DNA of 63,553 bases, counting the filler, from Stramenopiles sp. TOSAG23-3 (taxonomy: Eukaryota), in assembly GCA_900128585.1 (NCBI GenBank). It is 10 parts of 10 records of this genome, joined end to end, with 100 filler letters (N's around TTAATTAATTAA, not from the genome) between each part and the next. Parts side by side here need not be neighbours in the genome. Positions count along the whole stretch, not along the records: positions 21,887 to 32,698 come from LT642783.1; positions 32,799 to 43,607 come from LT642784.1; 8 more parts are not named here. One strand, 5' to 3'. Below, piece by piece: positions 30,960 through 41,263 of the stretch (positions are counted from its first letter, which is position 1; every line of letters begins with the position of its first letter). The notes under the pieces were generated by a model. The model was given only the letters and a program-made list of their open reading frames with translations, ran no database searches and was not told the DNA's origin. Position numbers and translations under genes: made by a program.

Positions 30960-31440
30960 AGGGCACAGCCAGCCCGAGGCAAATAACCTCACGAGGGGCT
31001 TCGTGGAATAGAGCACAGTGTAGTCATAGAAATTAGTACAAGGGCCCGGGACGCCTAGAGATATGTTAAATTACCCAAGAGGAGGTGTGGGGGTGTATCA
31101 TAAGATTTGTTAAAAATTACTCCACAGTTCATTTACTCCGCTTTAAAAGATTACATTAAAACCTGTTCGTAAGCTACTTTTTTTTATATATATACGCGCT
31201 GCGGTAACGAAACCAAAGCGTCGTGCGCGAGGGTCTTCCTGTGGCGTAGTCTCTCTCTCTCTCTCTCTCTCCCCTCCTCTAGCCCCCACGCCCACGAAAG
31301 GTTAGGGGGAGGGTTTATCACGCAGAGCAGGGAATTTCGCTGCTGGGACGCTGGAGGGCAACGGCACCGACCGCCCGACCATGGGACCGAACAAACGAAC
31401 GAACGAACGAACGAACGAACGACCATGCGACCGAACGGCC

Positions 31441-32007
31441 TTAAAGCGAGTCGCCCATTGGTTTTTTGAAATGCTCTTTCTTCCCGTTGTAACTCTTTTT
31501 CCCATGACTCCATGGGACGTACCGGTGCTTCAGCATATGTTTCAGCTGCCGCTTCATTGTCAAGAAGAACAGGGCGCAAAAGTATATCAACAGGATCGGC
31601 CAGAACACTGGCACATCAAACACTTTAAAGAAGGTCATCATCGTGCATATAATAATGGACTTCATCGATGACCACCAGAATTTAAATTCCGGGACGCGCC
31701 TAGTGAAAATTCTCTCGCCGTCCTTCATTTGGCTGGGCAAAAGCGGACCCTCGGCTTCCGGGTCTATGGCCGGGGTAAGAAACCCAATAAAAAGGTTCAG
31801 CAAGTAAATGCCTAAGCCGTACGTGACAATAAACCAACCATTTAAAAAGTACACCCGTATCATGTAGATCATCAATGCCACGCCAAAGCCAATCCAACGC
31901 CCATGGGTATGGGGCACGCTTCTGTCCAAATACATTTGCACGGTCCTGTCGAACTGCGAACGGAACCGTTCCGCTGCAGTCGTCTGAGGGGCCTCGTCTT
32001 GCATCAT
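31441..32007 (-). CDS. RER1: ER retrieval receptor RER1
   Basis: YLDRSVP...RW, GWFIVTYGLGIYLLNLFIGFLTP, RRVPEFKFW, FDVPVFWPIL and MKRQLKHM; start at ATG 32007. Confidence 0.97.
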   Translation of the reverse strand: MMQDEAPQTTAAERFRSQFDRTVQMYLDRSVPHTHGRWIGFGVALMIYMIRVYFLNGWFIVTYGLGIYLLNLFIGFLTPAIDPEAEGPLLPSQMKDGERIFTRRVPEFKFWWSSMKSIIICTMMTFFKVFDVPVFWPILLIYFCALFFLTMKRQLKHMLKHRYVPWSHGKKSYNGKKEHFKKPMGDSL

Positions 32008-32058
32008 ATTTGTTGAGGAGGAGGAAAGGGAAAGACGGGATAAAGTGAAGGAGGGAAT

Positions 32059-32145
32059 TGAAACTATAGAAACTATAGAAACGATACAAACGATACAAAC
32101 GATAAAAACGATAAAAACGATAAAAACGATAAAAACGATAAAAAG
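32059..32145. repeat. 9-bp tandem repeat (AAAACGATA and variants) just upstream of RER1
   Basis: About nine units, drifting from GAAACTATA through CAAACGATA to AAAACGATA. Confidence 0.9.
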
Positions 32146-32619
32146 AATAATACCGATAGAAACCCTGTTTCGTATTTGCCTATCAATTAAAGAAGAATAA
32201 GAATAGAAACCGTGAATGAATGAACAAACGACACTTTTTTCTTTTGAAAGAAGAAAGAGAAGAAGAAGAAGAACAAACAAACAAAACAAACAAAAACAAT
32301 ACCTCCTGGTACTACAGACAGTAATAATATAATTAATTATTATTAAAAAAATATCGATCATCATTCATCATCATCATCACAATTTATTATATTTTACAAA
32401 TTAAAATTAAAAAAAATAATAATAATAATAAATAAAATAATAGTCCTACCAGTGGAACCAGGTATTTACTAATAAAATATAATAATACGTAGTCAGTCGT
32501 CTATGATGAGCTAACAAAAAATAAAAAGAGAAATGAAGAGAGTGTAGTACGTAGTAGTATAGCAATGTAAATAAATATTCAATACTACTGTACACTGTAC
32601 GAGGCTGTATGTAGATGTT

Positions 32620-32698
<79 letters not shown>
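32620..32698. repeat. (GAAA)n microsatellite at contig end
   Basis: Read directly from the sequence. Confidence 0.95.
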
Positions 32699-32798
32699 NN
32701 NNNNNNNNNNNNNNNNNNNNNNNNNNNNNNNNNNNNNNNNNNTTAATTAATTAANNNNNNNNNNNNNNNNNNNNNNNNNNNNNNNNNNNNNNNNNNNN
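32699..32798. other. Artificial contig spacer
   Basis: N44-TTAATTAATTAA-N44. Confidence 0.97.
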
Positions 32799-32858
32799 CG
32801 CGGGAGCAGTCCTCACCAAAGTTACTTACCAAGTTATTTTCATATTTTTTATTTTCTG

Positions 32859-35030
32859 TCATTCCACCTTCGACTGCCGATTGGCCTCGTTGGCGACACA
32901 CGAACCCCATACGGTGATAATTATTGCCCCTGCAAAGACAACCCACGGAAGACTGTGGTCGAATAAATATGGATTGTACATGATAATGGCGCTATCTTCA
33001 AATCGCTGATTGTGTTCATTTGTCATTACCACGAAGACTAGCACCTTCTTGTAAGATATCAGGTCTCCCTTTAAATCTAAATATTCGACGTACTTTCCCG
33101 GAATGGAAAATGTTTTCCCGCAGACTAGACATGTGGTGGACGCTGTACTACCTGTAAAGAGTGAGATCCTGTAAACCTTGTTCAACAGGGACATTCTTTT
33201 ATCGACAATCTCAAATTCCACTTTAACATATTGCCCAACAACTTGGTTGTACTTTCGAGTCTCCTCCATTAGAAGTACGCCGTGGAAGTCTTTCCTGTAC
33301 GTCACCATCCCGCCGTTTGTCCAGCTCAATAAGGGGTGAAAGGGCGCTTTCGTCCTCACAGCGTAAATGTTTCCATTCATACTACTAAATATGAGTTCTA
33401 GCAAACCGTCGTTGTTGATGTCGTCCACCAACACAGCGGCGTAGGAGTGTTCGCTGAAGTCAATCATGTTGGCACAACCCGATGTACCGTCGATTATATA
33501 CAAGAAGCCGTCAAGGGAAGGCACAATTACGTGCGGTGTTGATTTTCCTACTGCAACACGACCCACATTGTCTCGGAGATCGCTCAACACTACTGGCGCT
33601 AAAATTTTCCCACCCGTATAGAACGGGAAATTGTCCAGAACAGCCCCGGACTCTCCATCTAACGCCCACACCAACGATGTACTAAGACCGAAAACAATGT
33701 CGAGGTTTCCGTCTCCATTCACATCCCCCAGTGCCACTTCCCCAGATGCAATTGTGCGATGGTCCCCCGTTCGCACATTCCTCTCCCAAAGGATTTTCCC
33801 GTCTACGCCGTCAAAACAGGTTGCGTGCCCAGATGAAGCGATTGCAAACAGCTCCAAGTTCTCATTGCCCCTGAGGTTCTCGGCCACAATTCTCATTTCA
33901 ACCCCGCCTTTCAGTTTTATTGGGAAATGGTCTTTCACAGTCCCATCTTTCCCATTCAAAACATATATGAAACCCAGAGAGGTTCCCACAATCACGTCTA
34001 GGCTACCGTCCCCCTCAATATCTACAACGATGGGGGAAGAATAAATGTGGGCCTGAAGTGTTGCCTTTGCGCTTGTCAAGTCAAGCTGCGAGGTCCACAA
34101 CCATGTATGCAGCGTTAAATCGTAGCAGGCTAAGCCCCCCGCGACGTACATAGTGTAGTCATACTCGTACTTTTGTTCAAAATTGCTTGCGGCGTCTGTG
34201 TCAGGTTTGCCAAACTCTTTCGAAAACAATTCTTCGTCAAAGTAGTACGAGATTGGAACGATGATGACATCGTGACCAGTTTGAGTGAAATTGTGGCCAA
34301 TTGTGGGCGATGTTAAGACATGCGAGTCTACAAAAACATATTCCTTATCCGGGGAGAGCCGCGAAGAAAATTTACGCGAACCATGCGTTTCAAATTGTAG
34401 ATTACCACCATCTAAATCCGAATCGTGAAAGAATGACAGGAGTTGGAGGTCCTCTTCCGGCGTTTGTTTCCGACCATTGATCGACACGACTTTTCCCCCC
34501 GCGCCCCTTTTCACATGAGTATTTACAGAGCTCAAACGGGACGATTTGAGACCATTTTTACCACCCCCAGATACATACCAATTTTTCAAAACCCTCAAGC
34601 GCGGCACCCCAATGTCATATTTTTTCATGTATTCCCCAAAGTGTGCCTTCCCAACGTGAAGGAAGCGGACTCGCCCGTTCACGTCTGTGGCGATCATTTC
34701 ATTCCCACCGTCAAAGTCAACATCGTAGAGCAGGGCAGAACCGTAGAACTTTTCGTCGTCAAACGCAACGGGCCATAACGTGGCAGGTCGGTGCCCATGG
34801 TGATCCACCACCTCCAAATGCCTGTAAAATGTCGTTGCAACAATTTGTTTAGTTGAGTCACCGTAGATTTGGGACAGTACGGGAGTGCTGTAAATGGCTG
34901 CCTCCGTTTCGATGCCCCAATCAATATCCAACTCCATAGGGCACATGGACACAACAGTACCCGTCGCTGCAGGCCGTACCAGGGCAACCATCACAGAGAC
35001 GTGGACCCACCACCAAACGACAACGCTCAT
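32859..35030 (-). CDS. DEX1: DEX1-like FG-GAP repeat type I membrane protein
   Basis: Signal peptide from ATG 35030; AIYSTP, VFVDSHVLTSP, YVAGGL and QLDLT...IYSSPIVVDIEGDGSLDVIVGTSLGFIY; several DxxxDG Ca-binding loops; C-terminal TM helix. Confidence 0.85.
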   Translation of the reverse strand: MSVVVWWWVHVSVMVALVRPAATGTVVSMCPMELDIDWGIETEAAIYSTPVLSQIYGDSTKQIVATTFYRHLEVVDHHGHRPATLWPVAFDDEKFYGSALLYDVDFDGGNEMIATDVNGRVRFLHVGKAHFGEYMKKYDIGVPRLRVLKNWYVSGGGKNGLKSSRLSSVNTHVKRGAGGKVVSINGRKQTPEEDLQLLSFFHDSDLDGGNLQFETHGSRKFSSRLSPDKEYVFVDSHVLTSPTIGHNFTQTGHDVIIVPISYYFDEELFSKEFGKPDTDAASNFEQKYEYDYTMYVAGGLACYDLTLHTWLWTSQLDLTSAKATLQAHIYSSPIVVDIEGDGSLDVIVGTSLGFIYVLNGKDGTVKDHFPIKLKGGVEMRIVAENLRGNENLELFAIASSGHATCFDGVDGKILWERNVRTGDHRTIASGEVALGDVNGDGNLDIVFGLSTSLVWALDGESGAVLDNFPFYTGGKILAPVVLSDLRDNVGRVAVGKSTPHVIVPSLDGFLYIIDGTSGCANMIDFSEHSYAAVLVDDINNDGLLELIFSSMNGNIYAVRTKAPFHPLLSWTNGGMVTYRKDFHGVLLMEETRKYNQVVGQYVKVEFEIVDKRMSLLNKVYRISLFTGSTASTTCLVCGKTFSIPGKYVEYLDLKGDLISYKKVLVFVVMTNEHNQRFEDSAIIMYNPYLFDHSLPWVVFAGAIIITVWGSCVANEANRQSKVE

Positions 35031-36094
35031 GGGGATGACCAGAGCGTTTTCTACCGCCACGCTGTCCACGTGCACCCTAGCAATCTTTTGCTTTTAACGT
35101 CTGTTTCAAAATCATACGCACGTTGGTCGCATACGCAACGAGGAGTAAAAACGAGTGGTATTGCCACTAGTACGCAGTAGTAAAGTTTATACAATATATA
35201 TATTCTTATACTTTTAAAATTATTTATACTACGATAATGATAAGTAATAAGTATGAAAACTTTTCTTGTTACCAGTTCCCTTTGTTTTGTTTACATTATA
35301 CGAGTCAAACGAATAATAGAAAAAATTGGACAAGATGGTGGTGGGTAAATAATAATAATAATTAAAAAAAAAAAATTAATAATATAATAATATTATAATA
35401 AGAAGAAGAATATGGAAAGCTAAATAATTTAATTAGAACGACTGTGTTACTTAAATAATAACAGCCAATTTTCTTGCTTTTTTTAAAGAAAGCTTGAAGA
35501 GTTCATTCAAGAAGGAGAAGAAGGAAGGAGGTAAGCAAGCGATTATTTAATAAATCTATTTTTTTTTTCTTATTTATATATTTTTTTTTAGGCAGAAAGC
35601 GAATCTCTAATCTCTCTCTCTCTATTTAGTATTTCTATTGATTATGATTTAAAATAGGAGAAACGATTAAGTACACTATTAATATACGTAGTAGTAAAGT
35701 GTACTTTATAAAGTGGCCAAGACTTTCGTTAATTCGATTGTAATGTACGTTATAAGTACAAAGTAAGTATAGTCGTCTACCATATGAAAGCGCTATGTGA
35801 TTTATTATGTACTACTAACTGTGTGACCCTAATTAAAACTGTTATTCTTTCTTCATATATAGCTCTAATATAGCTATAAGATGGTAGAAAATAGCGCTAT
35901 TATCATAATAAAAAGTACCTGGTATAATATGAAGAAAGTACCGAACTAACCGCAAAATTTTTCAAAGAACTTCAAAAACATTTGAAATTTTCATCATAGG
36001 CTACTGTATTATAATAAATAAAAAATAATTAAATGCTGCCATAAATAATTAAAAAATAAAGTGTATTGTCTCTACTCTTCCCAATTATTTGGCG

Positions 36095-36096
36095 TT

Positions 36097-36145
<49 letters not shown>

Positions 36146-36224
36146 TCTCCTCCATCCACCACACATCATTTTGCGTTCTTCTTCTTCTTCTTCTTCTTCT
36201 TCTTCTTCTTCTTCTTCTTCTTCT
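36095..36224. repeat. (TTTC)n then (TTC)n pyrimidine tracts
   Basis: Read directly from the sequence. Confidence 0.93.
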
Positions 36225-36916
36225 CGGGAATGCTTTGTGAGGAAGGACGCTAGTACTATTTAGTGTATTAATAAAAGTAGAAGAAAACCACCCCCCACCT
36301 CACCTCATTTATTAATAATTTTAATTTCCCTTTCTTTCCTGTGCTGTGTAATGTTCTGTTCCTTTTCCTTCATCACCGACCATCCATCCATCCGGATGAC
36401 GCCCAAGCAAAGCCCAACCACAATTCACTTTTTTTCCTTCTTTTCTTTCTTCTTTCGGGACGGATGGGATGGATGGACCTTCCTTTAATTTATTTTAAAG
36501 GATTAATTATATAATACTATTAATATACAATTACATATACCATATTTAATTATATTTATTCTATTAAATAAAAGCAAAGGTCATATGCATATATATGGAA
36601 ATAGCATTAATTTTCATTTACCATATTTAATATTTTAGTTATTATTAAAATCCTTATTTAGAAAGAATGACGTAGTCGATTCAAAAAATTAAAAAAGAAG
36701 TAAATTTTTTTTTAGTATGTGTAGGAGGAAAATAAAAAAATAAGAGAAGAAGAACTCAGGACAGGCAATTTGGTAAACCGTACTCATGGTATATACGATT
36801 AAAATGAAAAGTAAGATGGAGGTGAATACGTTGGGAAGTAAGAAGGGAATCAGTAAAATCAAAACATTCCATTCGTGAATTGAACATAATTGGATAATTA
36901 TCATTACATTTTAAAC

Positions 36917-39583
36917 ATGTCAAACACAACTCTGTCTCAGTACTGGTGGAAGACCAGTGGCTTCGACTACACCAATGAGGATACCGGCATGGCCGTCTTT
37001 AGCTTAGAGGCGAACTGGTACCTTCATGCCCTTCCAGGGACCATTGCCGGTGTCATTGCCCTGATCTTTGTCATCATTACCTACCAGGGTCTTGTTGCCT
37101 ACAAGAAAAACATTAAAAACGAAGAAATGCTTAAGCTTGGCGACATTATTATGAACGGTGCCAAAGACTTCTTGAGAGCCGAGTACAAGTGGCTTGCGGT
37201 ATTCGTCCTTTTTATCTTCACCGCGCTGTCACTCCTCTTGATCGGATCCGAGAATAATGCTAATGAAAAAGTAGACGCGTTCGGTTTTTTCACGGCCTTG
37301 CCACTACTCTTCGGTGCCGCGCTCAGTTCCGGCGCCGGGTGGTTTGGTATGGTTGTAGCAACCATGAGTAACGTTATTACCGTCCATGCCTCGAACGTGT
37401 CCATCAACGAAGGGCTCAAGCAAGCCTTCAAGAGTGGGTCCATTATGGGATTCTCCGTAACCGGTCTTGGAATCTTCGGACTGAGCATCATGTATTACAT
37501 TTATCGCAGTGCTGTAGGTAACGAGGCAGACACCTGGCAATACTTGTCTGGCTTCGGTTTTGGTGCCTCCTGCATCGCACTGTTCGCCCGTGTTGGAGGT
37601 GGAATCTACACCAAAGCCGCGGACGTTGGCGCCGATTTGGTTGGAAAGGTCGAAGCGGGCGTACCAGAAGATCACCCGAACAACGCCGCCGTCATCGCTG
37701 ACAATGTTGGCGACAACGTTGGCGACGTTGCAGGAATGGGAGCTGATTTGTTCGAAAGTTACGTCGGCTCCATCATCGCGGCAGCCACCTTGGCCACCCA
37801 GCAGTTCAAACAGGAAACCGGTACCTTGGACGTTCAGCGAAGTGCCATTGCCCTGCCATTCTGGATTTCTGGCTTTGGTATTGTTTGCAGTATGATCGGA
37901 ACTTGCCTTGTCAAAACAGATGCGAAGATCGAAGAAACGAAAGAGGGCGCTACCGATGAAGAAAAGCTCGAAGCTGCCAACAAGGTCTTGGAGTCATTGC
38001 TTTCGGCCATCAACAAGGGAATCTACTTTGCTGGCGTTTTGGTTGTCATCTTCAGCGCAGTCTGTGTATCCATTTTGTTCAAAGACGCAGTTCTGGGCTG
38101 GAAAATTTTCGGCTGCATCGTAATCGGCCTTCTCTCCGGCATCATTATCGGCTACTTCACTGAATACTCGACTTCGTACACTGAGACACCAACCCAAGGC
38201 ATTGCCGACAAGGGTGAAACTGGCCCGGCCACTGTTATCATCCAAGGTTTGGGCGTTGGTATGATCGGCACGTCCGTTCCAACCCTTGTAATCGTTGTTG
38301 CCATCTGCGCATGCAACGCTCTGATGGGCCTGTACGGCATTGCAATTGCCGCCGTAGGTATGCTTGCCACCCTTGGCATCACACTTGCCACGGACGCGTA
38401 CGGACCGGTTGCGGACAACGCTGGCGGGATTGCGGAAATGATCAGTGACCTCTACCCAGACGAAAACGACCCATGCTACTTGAAACCGGAAGTCCGAGAC
38501 AACACGGACGCCCTCGATGCCATGGGAAACACCACTGCTGCCACCGGAAAGGGTTTCGCCATCGGCTCGGCCGTTCTTACGGCTGCCGGTTTGATCGCTG
38601 CATTTATGGACGCCGCTGGCGTCCCAGAGTCTGGCATCAATATCCGCGACCCTCTAGTTTTGAGCGGTGTCTTGATTGGTGCAAGTCTTCCCTTCATCTT
38701 CGCCGCCATCACTATGCTTTCTGTCGGACGTGCCGCAGAAGCCATCATTTTGGAAGTCCGCCGTCAATTTACCGAAACCCCGGAACTTAAGACAGTGTTG
38801 CATGGTAAAATCTACAAGAACCAAAACGGCGACGTTTGCGCCAAGGACGCCGAAGGCGCAGAAGAATTCTCGCCAGATTACACTAAATGTATCGCAATTT
38901 CCACTGATGCTAGTATCATGGAAATGCTTATCCCGGGCATGATGGCTGTATTTATGCCTGTAGCGATCGGATTTTTGCTGACCAGCAAAGGTCTAGCGGG
39001 TATGCTGGTCGGTGCATTGTCGTCTGGCTTCATGCTTGCCGTAACAATGAGCAATGCCGGTGGCGCGTGGGACAACGCCAAGAAGTACGTCGAAAAATCT
39101 GGAAAGAAAGGAACCGAACACCACGACGCAACTGTGGTTGGTGACACCGTTGGGGACCCCTTTAAAGATACCAGTGGCCCAGCTCTTAACATTCTTATCA
39201 AATTGATGAGTGTAATTTCCTTGGTTATTGCTCCCAAGTTGAAAGCGTTGCAACTTTGCCCAATGAGTGGCAAACTTGCCTTCGAAACCGAATGCATCCC
39301 GGGCCAGATCTTGGCCTGGGAACCTGTCGGCGTAATTATTGGTGCAGTAATTTTGCTCCTACTTATGCTGTTTTCATACTTCTGGCAAAACAAGATTGAC
39401 AAGGATTACGCCGCGAAGAGAGATGCCTTGAACAAATTGAAGGACGAATACGCTGCCAAAAACGCAGCCAAGGAAGAAGAGGCAGCAAAAGTAGCAGCGG
39501 CCGGGGAAATCGAAATGACTGAAGTACCCGACACAGCGGAGGAAGCCGACAAAGCGGAGGAGGCAGAAGCGCAAAAGGAGTAA
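36917..39583 (+). CDS. hppA: Membrane-integral ion-pumping pyrophosphatase, K+-dependent type with Na+-PPase-like signature
   Basis: GGGIYTKAADVGADLVGKVE, IADNVGDNVGD, DAYGPVADNAGGIAEM, GNTTAA, NAGGAWDNAKK and GDTVGDPFKDTSGP; start at ATG 36917. Confidence 0.97.
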   Translation: MSNTTLSQYWWKTSGFDYTNEDTGMAVFSLEANWYLHALPGTIAGVIALIFVIITYQGLVAYKKNIKNEEMLKLGDIIMNGAKDFLRAEYKWLAVFVLFIFTALSLLLIGSENNANEKVDAFGFFTALPLLFGAALSSGAGWFGMVVATMSNVITVHASNVSINEGLKQAFKSGSIMGFSVTGLGIFGLSIMYYIYRSAVGNEADTWQYLSGFGFGASCIALFARVGGGIYTKAADVGADLVGKVEAGVPEDHPNNAAVIADNVGDNVGDVAGMGADLFESYVGSIIAAATLATQQFKQETGTLDVQRSAIALPFWISGFGIVCSMIGTCLVKTDAKIEETKEGATDEEKLEAANKVLESLLSAINKGIYFAGVLVVIFSAVCVSILFKDAVLGWKIFGCIVIGLLSGIIIGYFTEYSTSYTETPTQGIADKGETGPATVIIQGLGVGMIGTSVPTLVIVVAICACNALMGLYGIAIAAVGMLATLGITLATDAYGPVADNAGGIAEMISDLYPDENDPCYLKPEVRDNTDALDAMGNTTAATGKGFAIGSAVLTAAGLIAAFMDAAGVPESGINIRDPLVLSGVLIGASLPFIFAAITMLSVGRAAEAIILEVRRQFTETPELKTVLHGKIYKNQNGDVCAKDAEGAEEFSPDYTKCIAISTDASIMEMLIPGMMAVFMPVAIGFLLTSKGLAGMLVGALSSGFMLAVTMSNAGGAWDNAKKYVEKSGKKGTEHHDATVVGDTVGDPFKDTSGPALNILIKLMSVISLVIAPKLKALQLCPMSGKLAFETECIPGQILAWEPVGVIIGAVILLLLMLFSYFWQNKIDKDYAAKRDALNKLKDEYAAKNAAKEEEAAKVAAAGEIEMTEVPDTAEEADKAEEAEAQKE

Positions 39584-39757
39584 ATTTCCTCAAATCGGAA
39601 AGGGATCGAATAAATGATGCATTTTTTCGAACCAACAACAACCCCCCTGCTGTGGTAAAGTTCACGAACTTTACCGTTGTTAAAAAAGTGTTTAAAAAGA
39701 AAAATTTAAAAACTTTTTTTACTCGCGTATATATATGATATAACTTATTATACGCCT

Positions 39758-40307
39758 TTATGTTTTCAACTTATGCCCGTCCGCCCACATCTTGCTCGTG
39801 CAGAAAACCCCAAAGTGAAACTCGTCTCTCTTAACGACCTCCGCTTGAGCCTCCACTGTCGTGCCGAACCTGAGCGTTAGTGGCGTCTTATCCTCGCCTC
39901 TTTTATGGATCCGCCCGGACGGTCAAAGTGTCGCCAGTGAGAGATAATTTTTCAGCACTACTTGCGGCTACTTCGATCTTGTCGATCACGTGCTTTTTCC
40001 GGGTATTTGGCTCAAACACTAGTTCGTTTTCTATTGCCTGCGACAAAGATGCCTGTTGCGCTTCAAGGAGCTTGTTCAGTACAGCATTGTGACTCGTTAA
40101 CTTCACTTCGTGGCCATACCCTTTCTTTTCCACTGCGCCAATAACAATCTGCTGGACTTCGAACTGACCATGGGCCTCATTAATTACCGTTGTACTGCCT
40201 ACAACTTCTGTCTCTAACGCAGTGGCAACATTGCACACTACAACCAGCACTGCAAGGCAAGCCGACAGAGGGCGCATGGCATTGTTTCCCGAAACTAAAA
40301 GTCGCAT
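39758..40307 (-). CDS. Small secreted hypothetical protein with an apparent frameshift near 39921
   Basis: Signal-like MRPLSACLAVLVVVCNVATA. The track ORF stops at 39903, but the +1 frame continues SGRIHKRGEDKTPLTLRFG...KLKT to a TAA at 39758, through coding-like sequence. Confidence 0.6.
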
Positions 40308-40859
40308 CGTTCGTAGTATATCATATGAAGAAGATATACATTTTAATTCCTCAATAAAAAAGAGAGCCAATTTTTGTTAAAAAGTATAAAGAAAAGCTTT
40401 TCTTTATATTATATAACGTACGTATAGAGAGTTGAAACTCACATAATTATTATTATATAAAGTAATAATAATAAATAAATATTGTGTAGTTAGTAGTAGA
40501 GTGTGTAAGGAAAATATAGCGCTCTTCCTTTTTTTTATATATTTATATTTATTTATTTTTATTAAAAATAAAAATTTTTATCAACCTATTATGTACTCCT
40601 GTATTATTTTTTATTATAATAATTAGTTCATCTCAATATATAAGGGATTAAGATATATATCTTCTAGCTAACACGTACTATTTTACTGTAAAATATATTT
40701 ATAAACAAAAAAGTAATTACATTTTATTATTTAAGTTGTTATATCATAACATTTATTATTACATTACTTCGTATTTAATCATAAAAAAATGTACGACGAC
40801 ACGTGTACTTCAAGAAGTTGAAATGGTATTCTTTTTGTTTTTTTCTCCGTTTCTTTTTT

Positions 40860-40957
40860 NNNNNNNNNNNNNNNNNNNNNNNNNNNNNNNNNNNNNNNNN
40901 NNNNNNNNNNNNNNNNNNNNNNNNNNNNNNNNNNNNNNNNNNNNNNNNNNNNNNNNN
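40860..40957. other. Scaffold gap (98 N, no linker)
   Basis: N run flanked by simple repeats. Confidence 0.95.
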
Positions 40958-41263
40958 TATTATTATTATTATTATCACAACAAACAACAACAATGGGACA
41001 ATACAGGGTAGAGCAACAACTAAAATATAACTTATTATTTTATTATTATTAAAAAAAATTAGATCTAATATTATTATATTATGAACTTATTTTAGTTCCT
41101 CCTTTTTCAGTGGCTGCAATGGCAACCCGTGAACAGTTCAAGATGCCAAACCCGTGGAAAGAACAAATAACAAAATATCGACAAGAGGGGAGCGACACGA
41201 ATTGGTCCAACCATAACCTGGGTGCAAAGGGACGACGGCATTGTATTCATTAAAAAGAGTAGA

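Noticed and set aside
32008-32364. 119-aa hydrophobic N-terminal extension of RER1 in the ORF track
   Set aside because: It arises from the 9-bp repeat and T-rich leader; RER1 similarity starts after ATG 32007.
35531-35591. Intron-like GTAAGC...TTTTTTTTAG (61 nt) on + in the DEX1-PPase spacer
   Set aside because: No flanking ORF, 1.3 kb from the PPase start, and easily produced by chance in T-rich DNA; it would need RNA evidence.
41119-41253. Upstream ORF MATREQFKMPNPWKEQ... as an extra WW exon
   Set aside because: It is out of frame with the WW gene, lacks the aromatic pair and second Trp-x-x-Pro, and has no convincing splice sites.
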